A program made the translations under genes and the position numbers. From positions 1 through 38,243 of IMG/VR virus record IMGVR_UViG_3300032092_000100: a stretch of DNA of 38,243 bases. One strand, given 5' to 3'. The stretch comes from a virus (Duplodnaviria > Caudoviricetes). The notes below the pieces were generated by a model. That model was not told where the DNA came from and did not search any database. It saw nothing but the letters and a program-made list of their open reading frames with translations. Of this stretch, positions 28,726 through 37,267 are shown piece by piece. The stretch's first letter is position 1. Every line of letters starts with the position of its first letter.

Positions 28726-29571
28726 ATGGATTTTAAAGTTCCAATTACTTTGTCAGAGGCTGAGAAGTCTTTGATTGAATTATACTCTCTCCTAAACGAG
28801 GATATAAAGTCTAAAGGAGATACATGGAGATTAGTGAAGAATGAGGAGTTAACTGTTAAAGGTGTTGCCACATCGGGCAACATGGAGGTTGGAAGACCAG
28901 ATGGGACAGTTATCTCATCAGACAACTTTACCGTTGTTTGTGAGGATGCTCCGACAAAAGAAGATTGTGTAGCAGTGGCAACAATTAAGTTGATTATTTT
29001 ATGCTGCACTTCATTAGGTTATCCAATTAATTTTCAATATGCTAAACAAAAGAAAGAGTTCAATAGGCAGGACGATACACCGTGGAAGGAAGTGGCTTCA
29101 AGTTGCTCCTTGGATCCTGTTGTGGTGTCTAATCATCACAGTATACGGTCTCTCATCCGTTATTGCAAGAGTGTTGGATTCCCTATTCATCAAGCCTTGG
29201 AAGAAACTAAAGAGGCGTTTGGGTCTGAAAGGGTAACTACTAAACAATTCTTCGAATTTGTTTTTGGAGAAAGTAATTATAGGAAGTTGAAATCTATATC
29301 TAAAAAGAGAAAAGCGGAAAGAGTTGATAATCCGTTGCCTGCTCAAGTTACCCCTCAAATTACCCCTCAAGTAGAGGTTATATTACCAGTACAAGAAGGT
29401 AGACATCATAATGATGTTAAGTATGTAATTGGCAAGTTAATAGCACAAGGTATCAACTCACAAACATTCCCCATAAAATATCCAGAATTAACTGAGAAGT
29501 ATGGTAATTTTCAGTATTTTTGTATTCATGCTTCAGAGAATGAATTGAAGTTAGTAATGATTGATGAATAA
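28726..29571 (+). CDS. Hypothetical protein
   Basis: 281-aa ORF with typical AATACACAT-ATG start context; no family recognised. Confidence 0.6.
   Translation: MDFKVPITLSEAEKSLIELYSLLNEDIKSKGDTWRLVKNEELTVKGVATSGNMEVGRPDGTVISSDNFTVVCEDAPTKEDCVAVATIKLIILCCTSLGYPINFQYAKQKKEFNRQDDTPWKEVASSCSLDPVVVSNHHSIRSLIRYCKSVGFPIHQALEETKEAFGSERVTTKQFFEFVFGESNYRKLKSISKKRKAERVDNPLPAQVTPQITPQVEVILPVQEGRHHNDVKYVIGKLIAQGINSQTFPIKYPELTEKYGNFQYFCIHASENELKLVMIDE
29341..29376 (+). repeat. Imperfect 12-bp tandem repeat (about 3 copies) encoding a PQVT-type linker
   Basis: GCTCAAGTTACC CCTCAAATTACC CCTCAAGTAGAG. Confidence 0.7.
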
Positions 29572-31501
29572 ACCAAACCTATATAACGTAACTAAAATAG
29601 AAAGGCTGTCATCTGGCATCCTTAAAATTTATAATCAAAGTAATTTGATTGCCATATTTAGTGCGTTAAAGTCGGTTAACATATATCGGGAGAATGGTAA
29701 GCCATTAGCATTGACATTTTGCCAGGATTGTGTGGATCCATTTGGATTTACAGTTTATAATCTCATTGAAATTGTAGGGACATCAACTACTCAAACATAT
29801 TCAGAGATCGACCCAACAACTTCCAACGATGATTACATATCTCGAATATACAGCGTATTAGATTTTATAACTGATCAGTGTCTTACAGGTTTTTCTCCGC
29901 AGCCATCTTTTGTAGGAGGTGTGGTAGCAGAGTATCCAAACTTTGCTTCTTTTCCTCCAACGGGCCAGAGTGGAGTTATATATATTGATATGTCTGTTCC
30001 CGAAGCCTATGTTTGGGATGGGTCGACTTATCAAGCGTTGATGGCTGGTAGTGTTTCACCTCTTACTACAAAGGGGGACTTATATACTAGAAATTCTACG
30101 GTGGATGCTAGGCTTCCTGTAGGTTTAGATACTCAAGTTCTCATAGCGGATAGCACAACAGCTACAGGTCTTAAATGGGGTAGTAATACAGCTCCAACTC
30201 CAACAGGTTATTATGGAGCATTCCAAGATAATAACACTCAATTAGCACCTGCATCGAATGTTGGTGTAGCTATGATTTTTAATACAGTTGATTTGTCAAA
30301 TGGAGTAACCGTTGTTACCAATGGAACTAATTTAACTCGAATTACATTTGCAAATACAGGTATCTATAATCTTCAATTCTCATCTCAGTTTCAAAATTCA
30401 GATACTTCTTTACAAGATGTCACTATTTGGCTTAGATTAAATGGAGTTGACGTTCCTGGATCTTCTGGGTTTATATCTGTACCTAATAAACATGGGGCTA
30501 CAAATGGTCACAATATAGTATCTTGGAATTATTTATTAGATGTAGTTGGAGGAGACTATTATGAATTAATTTGGAGTACGACAGACCATGTTCATGTATC
30601 AATGGAATATTACCCTGCGGGATCTCCCCCACCATCTACGGCATCTGTTATATTAACAGCTACCCAACAATCAGGGATAATGGCAGGAACAGGAATGACT
30701 GCTTTAAATGGTTTAACAGGTGCTGTTCAAACTTTTGCAACTGGAACAAGCGGAACAGACTTTGCAATAAGTTCAGCAGGAACAACACATACTTTTAATG
30801 TTCCGATTGCATCTTCTGTAAATACAGGTAAATTAAGCTCTACCGATTGGAGTACATTTAATAATAAAGTAACTTCCTTATCAGCAGGCACAGGAATATC
30901 AATAGGGGGAACAACAACAGTACCTATTGTCACTAACTCAGCCCCAGACCAAACTGTTTCTTTAACAGGAGGTGTAGGTATATCTACATCTGGGACATAC
31001 CCCAACTTTACTATTGCCACTAGCGGAGCTACAATAAATAAACAAACTGTAGCCGATGGTACAGGTGTAACTGGTACAACTACAAGCACATTAACTTCAT
31101 CTGTTTTAATACCTGCAAATACCGTTGCAGTTGGTGATATTATTATTGTTAAAACTCGTGTAAGAAAATCAGGTACAGCAGGTACTCTTGTTACAAGAAT
31201 GTATGTAAATACATCAGCAGCTATTGGGGGGTCGCTTATTGCTACCTCAGCAGCAGCAGCAGCACCTGGAGTATATTTTCAATACAATAGAACTCTAGCG
31301 GTTAAAACCACTACCAATACCGAAACAATGGCAGGTAATGCTAACGTAAATGCAGACGATAATACATCGCTTACAATAGCCGTAAGTACAAATAATATAG
31401 ATTGGACAGTTGACCAATATATAATCGTTGCAGTTCAAAATGGTTCAATTGCGGATACTACAAGAAGCTCATTTATTCATGTTCAAATCAATAAAGCGTA
31501 A
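29564..31501 (+). CDS. Tail fibre / receptor-binding protein (mosaic)
   Basis: Thr/Gly/Ser-rich; FPPTGQSGVIYID..YVWDGSTY, LTTKGDLYT...GLKW, C1q/BclA-like GIYNLQFS...WLRLNG...GDYYELIW, GKLSSTDWSTFNNK fibre motifs; ATG 29564 preferred over TTG 29561. Confidence 0.75.
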   Translation: MNKPNLYNVTKIERLSSGILKIYNQSNLIAIFSALKSVNIYRENGKPLALTFCQDCVDPFGFTVYNLIEIVGTSTTQTYSEIDPTTSNDDYISRIYSVLDFITDQCLTGFSPQPSFVGGVVAEYPNFASFPPTGQSGVIYIDMSVPEAYVWDGSTYQALMAGSVSPLTTKGDLYTRNSTVDARLPVGLDTQVLIADSTTATGLKWGSNTAPTPTGYYGAFQDNNTQLAPASNVGVAMIFNTVDLSNGVTVVTNGTNLTRITFANTGIYNLQFSSQFQNSDTSLQDVTIWLRLNGVDVPGSSGFISVPNKHGATNGHNIVSWNYLLDVVGGDYYELIWSTTDHVHVSMEYYPAGSPPPSTASVILTATQQSGIMAGTGMTALNGLTGAVQTFATGTSGTDFAISSAGTTHTFNVPIASSVNTGKLSSTDWSTFNNKVTSLSAGTGISIGGTTTVPIVTNSAPDQTVSLTGGVGISTSGTYPNFTIATSGATINKQTVADGTGVTGTTTSTLTSSVLIPANTVAVGDIIIVKTRVRKSGTAGTLVTRMYVNTSAAIGGSLIATSAAAAAPGVYFQYNRTLAVKTTTNTETMAGNANVNADDNTSLTIAVSTNNIDWTVDQYIIVAVQNGSIADTTRSSFIHVQINKA

Positions 31502-31707
31502 TGGATTACATAGAAATTAATAGAGGCATTATTACTTATAGAGGTTCTGAATATCAATATGAATCTTATGAAAGGGTTGATGATATGTGTGTTCATGTGT
31601 TTATGAGTGGAGGCGTATATGCTTTTATAGGAAATGAGTGTACTATTAACAATGTATTGTGTATAAACTCAGACGAGATAATACAAATTATTTTACAAAA
31701 CACTTGA
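31501..31707 (+). CDS. Small protein after tail fibre (possible fibre chaperone)
   Basis: 68 aa, TAATG-coupled to the fibre gene. Confidence 0.5.
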   Translation: MDYIEINRGIITYRGSEYQYESYERVDDMCVHVFMSGGVYAFIGNECTINNVLCINSDEIIQIILQNT

Positions 31708-31734
31708 CTTATATTTTAAAGTTTTATATATTCG
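31704..31734 (+). promoter_or_regulatory. Promoter TTG-N20-TATATTCG
   Basis: -33/-7 arrangement matching the Flavobacterium/Bacteroides consensus (TTCG variant). Confidence 0.55.
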
Positions 31735-31738
31735 CAAA

Positions 31739-31818
31739 GTTATTTTGTTTTTACTGTTTATTATTGGTTATTGATTAGTTTGCAGATAGGGGGTGTCATA
31801 GCCCCCTATTTGTTTTTT
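31739..31818 (+). ncRNA. Candidate U-rich small RNA (about 80 nt)
   Basis: Bounded by a promoter and a strong terminator, no ATG inside. Confidence 0.35.
31783..31818 (+). terminator. Rho-independent terminator
   Basis: CAGATAGGGGG-TGTCATAG-CCCCCTATTTG-TTTTTT. Confidence 0.8.
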
Positions 31819-31830
31819 AAAATACACACA

Positions 31831-32268
31831 ATGATTAGATGCCAATCTGAAGAATGCTTTTGTACAGACTTTAACAGATCTTTTTGTAAAAATTACAGAG
31901 AAGATAAAAAAGAAAAGAAGTCTCTCCTTAAGAAAACTCCAATGAAAAGAACAGAGTTTAAAAAGAAGAGAAAGTCTACAGGCGAGATGAAGTTATTTAA
32001 AGAGTTGTGGGAGTCAAGGCCTCACAGATGTTTTGTAACTGGAGTAGAGTTAGAGTTCTCTCATCATATATGTTTTCATATATTGGGCAAAGGAGCTTTC
32101 CCTAAGTATAGATTGAATCCAGAAAATATTATTTTTGTTAACGCACAATACCATACTGATTGGCACACTATGTCAAGGGACAAGTTATTCCAAAAAGATA
32201 ACAGATGGGTTTATGTTTTTAAGATGTACGATCTACTTAAACAGGCGTATCTGTCCGAAGGCCTATAG
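31831..32268 (+). CDS. HNH-like / NinG(Rap)-like nuclease
   Basis: CFVTG...FHILGKGAFPKYRLNPENIIFV...H...H; start moved to ATG 31831 because the ORF-track TTG start lies upstream of the terminator. Confidence 0.65.
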   Translation: MIRCQSEECFCTDFNRSFCKNYREDKKEKKSLLKKTPMKRTEFKKKRKSTGEMKLFKELWESRPHRCFVTGVELEFSHHICFHILGKGAFPKYRLNPENIIFVNAQYHTDWHTMSRDKLFQKDNRWVYVFKMYDLLKQAYLSEGL

Positions 32269-32446
32269 TGTGATTTCTGCACAATTTAATTTGATTGGAG
32301 TCAAAGTGTTTTATCTCTCCAGTTTCCTCAAGAGCTACTACCCATACAGTATTATTCTGCATTCCGTAGTCCATAAGGAATAAAGCAATTCCATCACCTA
32401 ACTCTGTCTCTACCCAAAGTATTTGTTGTATTTCATGTATATTCAT
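32237..32446 (-). CDS. Small conserved phage protein (69 aa, MNIHEIQQILWVETELGDG...)
   Basis: Protein-like beta-rich sequence; ATG 5 nt after its own TAAATTTG element. Confidence 0.65.
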   Translation of the reverse strand: MNIHEIQQILWVETELGDGIALFLMDYGMQNNTVWVVALEETGEIKHFDSNQIKLCRNHTIGLRTDTPV

Positions 32447-32476
32447 TGTAACAAATTTAGGTGTATATTTGTTACA
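32447..32476. promoter_or_regulatory. Palindromic divergent promoter pair
   Basis: TGTAACAAAT-N10-ATTTGTTACA; contains TATATTTG on + and TAAATTTG on -. Confidence 0.7.
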
Positions 32477-32766
32477 TGAGAAATTCATTAGCAGGATCTA
32501 AAAAAGGTAAGTCTGAATCGGCAAAATACTTTCAAAGTAATAAATCTGCACGAGATAAAAAGAATGCCTATAACAAAGAGTATCATTCTACTAACGAGAG
32601 ACGTAAGTATCGTTCAGAGTTGAACAAAGAAAACCGTAAATCTGGAACATACGGTAATAAGGATGGCAAGGATAAGAGCCATACAAGATTAGGTAAAATT
32701 GTTTCGGAGGTTCAATCTAAAAACAGAGCTAGAAACGGAAAAGGCGGCACTCCACGTTTGAAGTAA
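32476..32766 (+). CDS. Small basic protein with a degenerate HNH-like motif
   Basis: 96 aa from ATG 32476; DGKDKSH...SKNRARN pattern. Confidence 0.6.
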   Translation: MRNSLAGSKKGKSESAKYFQSNKSARDKKNAYNKEYHSTNERRKYRSELNKENRKSGTYGNKDGKDKSHTRLGKIVSEVQSKNRARNGKGGTPRLK

Positions 32767-32796
32767 CCGCCTCTCCTTGTTTAACTAAATACTTTT

Positions 32797-33117
32797 TTAT
32801 AAAGGTCTTACATCATATTGCCAGAACTCCTGGCCTTTCTTAACCATAACCTTAAATATATGAAGTTCATAAACATCTTTGTCATTGAACTTATACTTCT
32901 TTTGGAGTATGTCAAGAATAGGTTTGACAGCATTATCAATATCATTTGCCTTGTTTGAATACCCAACAATCAGAGTCATAGAAACAGGGCCTTGAGGAAA
33001 TTTAAATGGACGTAGCCTCAACAGGCATTCCTTTTCATAGGCTTTATACTCCTTAGACTTAAATCTCCTACCTTGGAATGCTTGATTTATTGACAATGGT
33101 TTAACGTCTACTCTCAT
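32797..33117 (-). CDS. rusA: RusA-family Holliday junction resolvase
   Basis: PLSIN N-terminus and DIDNAVKPILD...NDKDV catalytic motif. Confidence 0.85.
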   Translation of the reverse strand: MRVDVKPLSINQAFQGRRFKSKEYKAYEKECLLRLRPFKFPQGPVSMTLIVGYSNKANDIDNAVKPILDILQKKYKFNDKDVYELHIFKVMVKKGQEFWQYDVRPL

Positions 33118-33431
33118 TTCATATTGTATATCACATCTATAACTCTTTGTCTTGTTTCTTCATCGTAAATAAACTTAAGAGCTTCATTTAAAGACTCAGT
33201 GGTTGTATCTGTGTGTACAAATTTAATAAAAGCAGGGTCAACTAATTCAATATCACCGTCCATACTTTCAACAATGCCAGTGGTTTCTCCGCTAGATATC
33301 CCCCAACAGTGGAAAAAACCAATCTTGGCATTGTCAAAATGTATGATTTCACGATCACCTACGTCTCTGAAACAGGCCCTAGATTCAACTAGGATCCCGT
33401 TCCAATATTTAACCTTTCTGTACGTCCTCAT
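33114..33431 (-). CDS. Hypothetical protein
   Basis: 105 aa, coupled to neighbours; GFFHCWG...GIVESMDG pattern of small phage proteins. Confidence 0.6.
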   Translation of the reverse strand: MRTYRKVKYWNGILVESRACFRDVGDREIIHFDNAKIGFFHCWGISSGETTGIVESMDGDIELVDPAFIKFVHTDTTTESLNEALKFIYDEETRQRVIDVIYNMK

Positions 33432-33681
33432 GAATAATTAATAGGATATCGTCAACAGGCACAATACCTACATCGATATCATTTTCTTTTATGAAGTTGG
33501 CCTTTTTGATTGTAAACTTAATTCTGTCTCCAACTTTGACATCATTAACTTCTGGCCCTATAGACGTTACCAGACCTTCATCCCACACTTCTTTTGCATT
33601 AAATTCAGTGTGTAAGATTTCAGATTTCACATCTTTCCTTGAAAGAACTGTGAACTTTACTCGATCAAATAGTGGTTCCAT
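33409..33681 (-). CDS. groES: GroES-like co-chaperonin
   Basis: PLFDRV, GLVTSIGP, VKVGDRI, DDILLII motifs. Confidence 0.8.
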   Translation of the reverse strand: MEPLFDRVKFTVLSRKDVKSEILHTEFNAKEVWDEGLVTSIGPEVNDVKVGDRIKFTIKKANFIKENDIDVGIVPVDDILLIIHEDVQKG

Positions 33682-33690
33682 ATGTTTTTT

Positions 33691-34140
33691 TTATTTAATG
33701 AATTTGTTTGCTAACAAAATACCTGCTGTAAATGATACAGGGATTCCGACAATTGTTACACCCTTCCAAAACATTCTTGTGTTGTATTGGAATAAAAATA
33801 AATCCTCTGTTTCTGAAAGATCATTTTTAAATTTTTCATTGACAGCATTCATATCATCAACTAATTTCTTCTGGTCATCAACTATTTTGACATAGCAGTT
33901 ATTTTGTTGATTCAGAAAATCAATCTGCATCTTTAGATTGTTTATTTCTTTTGTGTTTAAATCAAACATGTTTCTGTAGTATCTTTCTGAAACTATCACC
34001 TTGTTGATTAATTTTACCTCTTGACCGTTAAGGTTTTTCAAAGTATCCAGCCCTGTCCATGCTGTCGAGTTGCTTAAGGTTAGTTGAGAGAATACTGAAT
34101 TGCTCACTAGTAGTAGCACGATTAACAATTGATTTTTCAT
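33691..34140 (-). CDS. Secreted coiled-coil protein with C-terminal TM (spanin-like partner)
   Basis: Signal peptide MKNQLLIVLLLVSNSVFSQ, coiled coil, hydrophobic C-terminus; overlaps the upstream gene by 113 nt. Confidence 0.5.
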   Translation of the reverse strand: MKNQLLIVLLLVSNSVFSQLTLSNSTAWTGLDTLKNLNGQEVKLINKVIVSERYYRNMFDLNTKEINNLKMQIDFLNQQNNCYVKIVDDQKKLVDDMNAVNEKFKNDLSETEDLFLFQYNTRMFWKGVTIVGIPVSFTAGILLANKFIK

Positions 34141-34438
34141 AGTTGTAATTTTTAAGAGTGTTATTTTTTTGTTTTTGAATGTAGATGTATTCTACTTTTT
34201 TTTCACCGATCAGACTTTTTAAAGAATCTATTTGATATTCATAATGTTTGATATCTTCTTCTCTCTGTTTCATTATTTCTTTTAATCTGTTCTCTACAGG
34301 ATCCTCTTTCTTGTCAATTTTATTAGGTTTAAATATTGAGAAAAGGAATAGTGTTAAAAAGAAAATTGAGATTAAGAGTATTATCAAAATCAAGTTTTCA
34401 CTAAGACTCTTTAGTATTTTCTGAATCATTTTCATCAT
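34028..34438 (-). CDS. Inner-membrane-anchored coiled-coil protein (i-spanin-like)
   Basis: N-terminal TM LILIILLISIFFLTLFLFSIF followed by a coiled coil. Confidence 0.5.
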   Translation of the reverse strand: MMKMIQKILKSLSENLILIILLISIFFLTLFLFSIFKPNKIDKKEDPVENRLKEIMKQREEDIKHYEYQIDSLKSLIGEKKVEYIYIQKQKNNTLKNYNYEKSIVNRATTSEQFSILSTNLKQLDSMDRAGYFEKP

Positions 34439-34736
34439 CTAATTGTTTTATATATTCTATAACTTTATGGTACTTATGCCAATCCAAATGGCATATTTGC
34501 TTGATGAGTTCCTCACAATCTGATTGAGCTTTCTGGTACATGTCTCCTCCCTCTATTTGAAACAATACAGAGGCGAGTAGTTTGTATTTCTTCTCAACGG
34601 CATCAACATATCTCTTACCGATCATCTTGATTTCCTTCTCCCAGAATGGAGGTCCCATCTCGTCCGATAAAATTACGAAACAATTTGCGTGTAACACACT
34701 AGCAATTATCTGATGTTTTTTCTTATCTGTCAACAT
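34401..34736 (-). CDS. Hypothetical protein
   Basis: 111-aa ORF tightly packed in the operon. Confidence 0.6.
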   Translation of the reverse strand: MLTDKKKHQIIASVLHANCFVILSDEMGPPFWEKEIKMIGKRYVDAVEKKYKLLASVLFQIEGGDMYQKAQSDCEELIKQICHLDWHKYHKVIEYIKQLDDENDSENTKES

Positions 34737-34739
34737 AGC

Positions 34740-35423
34740 TTATCTGTTTTTAATTCGGTCAAGCAAGAATCTTTTGTAGGCGATAGCTTTTTCGAGTACA
34801 TTGTTAATAACATCCTCGGTATTTGACTGTAGAGTTACAGGGATCAAAGCCATTTTAGCTTTACCATCCATTCTCGGATCGTAGGAGATAAACATACCCT
34901 CTTTGTTATTCGTGATAAGCATGTTCATCTGTAGCTGCCACCAGTAATTCTTGTGAGCCTTGAGCAGTTCAGCCTCGTTCTCGATTAGAAGATTCTCAAC
35001 ATGGTTCTCAGCGTTATATGGGCATTTAACCTCAATAACTCCGTAGGTTGAGCATAATCCATCGGGTGAGCCTCCTGCATGGTCTCCGTAAGCTATGAAA
35101 CCAACAGACTCCACAGTAGATTCAACAAGCGATGAGTACAATGATATGGCTTCTGCCTCATGATCAATACCCCAAGTTGTAGCTGCTGTCTCTGTAGTGT
35201 GTTCAATCCCTGTCAATTCCTCTGCGACTTTGGATTTGATATAGGATTTAGTGGTTTCTGATAACTCGCCCCGTTCCCTAGCGTCTTTTGATTGGGGCTG
35301 GGTCATCAGCTTGTATATCTCACTCGATGTAAATTTACCGAGTCTGGCACTGAACCAAGCCTTAGACCGCTGATCAGCGGCCTGTGCTTGTTCTTTTAAT
35401 ATTTCATTCAGTAGGTTATTCAT
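34740..35423 (-). CDS. YqaJ/lambda-exonuclease family 5'-3' exonuclease
   Basis: QRSKAWFSARLGKFTSSE, WGIDHE, GGSPDGL, IEVKCP, YWWQLQMNM, FISYDPR motifs. Confidence 0.92.
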   Translation of the reverse strand: MNNLLNEILKEQAQAADQRSKAWFSARLGKFTSSEIYKLMTQPQSKDARERGELSETTKSYIKSKVAEELTGIEHTTETAATTWGIDHEAEAISLYSSLVESTVESVGFIAYGDHAGGSPDGLCSTYGVIEVKCPYNAENHVENLLIENEAELLKAHKNYWWQLQMNMLITNNKEGMFISYDPRMDGKAKMALIPVTLQSNTEDVINNVLEKAIAYKRFLLDRIKNR

Positions 35424-36279
35424 TGTCTCCTCCTTTTTTATTTTTGGCTCTCGCCTTTTCGATTATTTCTTTTTTCTGTTCTGGGTCAATCATTACTGAG
35501 TCATCAGATAATGCAGCCTCAAGTTCAACAACATTGGTGGTCTTTTCAAGAAGCCTTTCAATTTGCTGCTCGCTCATCTTAACATATTCGACTGTCTTAT
35601 ACTCTTCGTTGTCGATGTTAATTGCATGGTTGACCTTTTCAATTGAGTCAAGTGCGAATGAAGACTTTGGTATGGACTTCCATCCTCTCTTTACAACGGT
35701 TTTACGAGCCATCTCCGCATAGTCCGTAGACCAAGGACCAAAACCTTTCTTACCTGTCTCAGAACGCATCATAATAGCATCAATCTGAGGCTTCCACATT
35801 ACCTCGAATAAACTCTCACCATTATGTAAGGTGAAGATTGCATATACGGCTCTGATATCTGATACTTCGAAAGTTTCCCCCATCGGAACATGGTGTATGC
35901 TTGGAGATGTTCCTTGTACCAAGTCGAAGATATCGCCTTTGTAAACTACTCCAGAAGATACTGACTTGATAATTCCAGAGTCAGCAATCAACTTAACCAT
36001 TCCTTGATAAGACGGCATAAGCTTCGCCTGCCCTCTAAATGGAACTAGATAAGCCAAGTTCATTACAGGGTTCAAAGACAGCTTGGTCAATGCACAATTG
36101 TACACGGCCATTGCAATACTTTGTGGCTCAGAATTGGCTAAAACAGAATTGTTGTTAGCGGCTTGAACGGCAAAGGACATTTCACGCATTAGCGTTTCCT
36201 CGCCTCCCATTAGCTTTATCATCTCTTCTCTCCGAGGTTCGATGAAAGGCATCACTGCCTGTTTTGTTATATTACTCAT
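35416..36279 (-). CDS. recT: RecT-family single-strand annealing protein
   Basis: LSLNPVMNLAYLVPF, SYQGMVKL, VVYKGDIF, AVYAIF, GPWSTDYAEMARKTVVKR motifs. Confidence 0.92.
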   Translation of the reverse strand: MSNITKQAVMPFIEPRREEMIKLMGGEETLMREMSFAVQAANNNSVLANSEPQSIAMAVYNCALTKLSLNPVMNLAYLVPFRGQAKLMPSYQGMVKLIADSGIIKSVSSGVVYKGDIFDLVQGTSPSIHHVPMGETFEVSDIRAVYAIFTLHNGESLFEVMWKPQIDAIMMRSETGKKGFGPWSTDYAEMARKTVVKRGWKSIPKSSFALDSIEKVNHAINIDNEEYKTVEYVKMSEQQIERLLEKTTNVVELEAALSDDSVMIDPEQKKEIIEKARAKNKKGGDNE

Positions 36280-36314
36280 GTGTATAGAATTTACTTATTT
36301 GTGGGTCTGTAAGA

Positions 36315-36342
36315 CGAAGCTAAAATACAAAAACTTTTTCAA
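36315..36342 (-). promoter_or_regulatory. Promoter TTG-N17-TAGCTTCG for the recT operon
   Basis: -33/-7 arrangement in the intergenic gap upstream of recT. Confidence 0.5.
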
Positions 36343-36650
36343 AAACTAATTATTTTTTGAATAAAAGTTTCTAACAATTCAATGTGTGGTTCGTGTTCTA
36401 TTTTTATCTCCCGACCATCCTCACTGAATATTTCTTTTAACAGCTTTCTGCGATCATCCACGTCCATTTTGTAGAAAGCAAGGTCAAAGGACAGATAGGC
36501 TTTCTTGTCATGCTTCAGCCCAGTCTTTGTTCGTATGGCATTTACCCTTTTATGAAGGGTGTCCAAGTACATGAATTTCTCAGCCCTCGTTTTATACGTT
36601 CTGGCTCTACGAGAAGATTTTCCCATTGTTCCTTCCATCTGTTCTTTCAA
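36339..36650 (-). CDS. Hypothetical protein (start uncertain)
   Basis: 103-aa ORF with several possible ATGs. Confidence 0.55.
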   Translation of the reverse strand: MKEQMEGTMGKSSRRARTYKTRAEKFMYLDTLHKRVNAIRTKTGLKHDKKAYLSFDLAFYKMDVDDRRKLLKEIFSEDGREIKIEHEPHIELLETFIQKIISF

Positions 36651-36846
36651 TAGCTTTTTTTATGTTTGCCCATTCCTCAATGTCCGAGGAAGTGAACTTT
36701 GGTTTCCCATAAAACAGAGATAGCATTCTACCCCTGTCCTCTTTACTTAGATTGGGTCTGAATACACTCAGCACCTTCTTTGGCACGATGTCTCTCTCCG
36801 CAAAGTAGAGAGTCCAGTTAGCCCTTATTCTGTGAATTGATTTCAT
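36607..36846 (-). CDS. Hypothetical protein
   Basis: 79-aa basic ORF overlapping both neighbours. Confidence 0.55.
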   Translation of the reverse strand: MKSIHRIRANWTLYFAERDIVPKKVLSVFRPNLSKEDRGRMLSLFYGKPKFTSSDIEEWANIKKAIERTDGRNNGKIFS

Positions 36847-37084
36847 CCCTTACCTTTTCTACTTTTGAGCGGATTATATCAACCTCATCACAATATTCCA
36901 ATATTCCTTCAATGAGAGACATGACCTTTTCTGGATTCTTCAATTGTCTTTTTCTTATCACAAGGTCGTGCATATATCTTACAGGCAGCCCTTTCTTGGA
37001 TGTTATGTATGATATGTTTAGAACATCTATATTCTCCCTACAAGAATAAATAAGATAGTCTAAAATGTGTTTAGGTATATTCAT
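36818..37084 (-). CDS. Hypothetical protein, possibly HTH DNA-binding
   Basis: 88 aa; ISYITSKKGLPVRYMHDLV is weakly HTH-like. Confidence 0.5.
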   Translation of the reverse strand: MNIPKHILDYLIYSCRENIDVLNISYITSKKGLPVRYMHDLVIRKRQLKNPEKVMSLIEGILEYCDEVDIIRSKVEKVRDEINSQNKG

Positions 37085-37093
37085 GACGTTGTC

Positions 37094-37267
37094 TTATTTT
37101 TTTATTTTGGCCCCTTCCCCTTCCCCCTTTTTACTATCACCTGCGGAAGCAGGTGATCCGCTTCTGATCCATGCAAGTGCTATTTTTATTGCGATACCCA
37201 GATTCAAAATGAAATAAAGGTTGATGTACATCGGTCTATTTTTATTGGTTGAGAATATCTTTTCCAT
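37094..37267 (-). CDS. Possible 57-aa small protein (MEKIFSTNKNRPMYINLYF...), not in the ORF track
   Basis: ACACAC-ATG context downstream of a promoter and one hydrophobic stretch, but it overlaps a repeat/hairpin-rich region. Confidence 0.35.
   Translation of the reverse strand: MEKIFSTNKNRPMYINLYFILNLGIAIKIALAWIRSGSPASAGDSKKGEGEGAKIKK

Noticed and set aside
29564-31501. Diversity-generating retroelement targeting the fibre
   Set aside because: No reverse transcriptase and no template/variable repeat pair noticed in the window
31771-31830. ORF-track N-terminal extension of the HNH-like gene
   Set aside because: It runs through a terminator; ATG 31831 has the typical ACACA context
37109-37132. 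G-quadruplex on the minus strand
   Set aside because: Only three long G runs, so no canonical intramolecular G4
37136-37157. SRP RNA or tRNA suggested by the GGAA tetraloop
   Set aside because: Lacks the SRP internal-loop consensus and any cloverleaf; no tRNA, rRNA or CRISPR array was recognised anywhere
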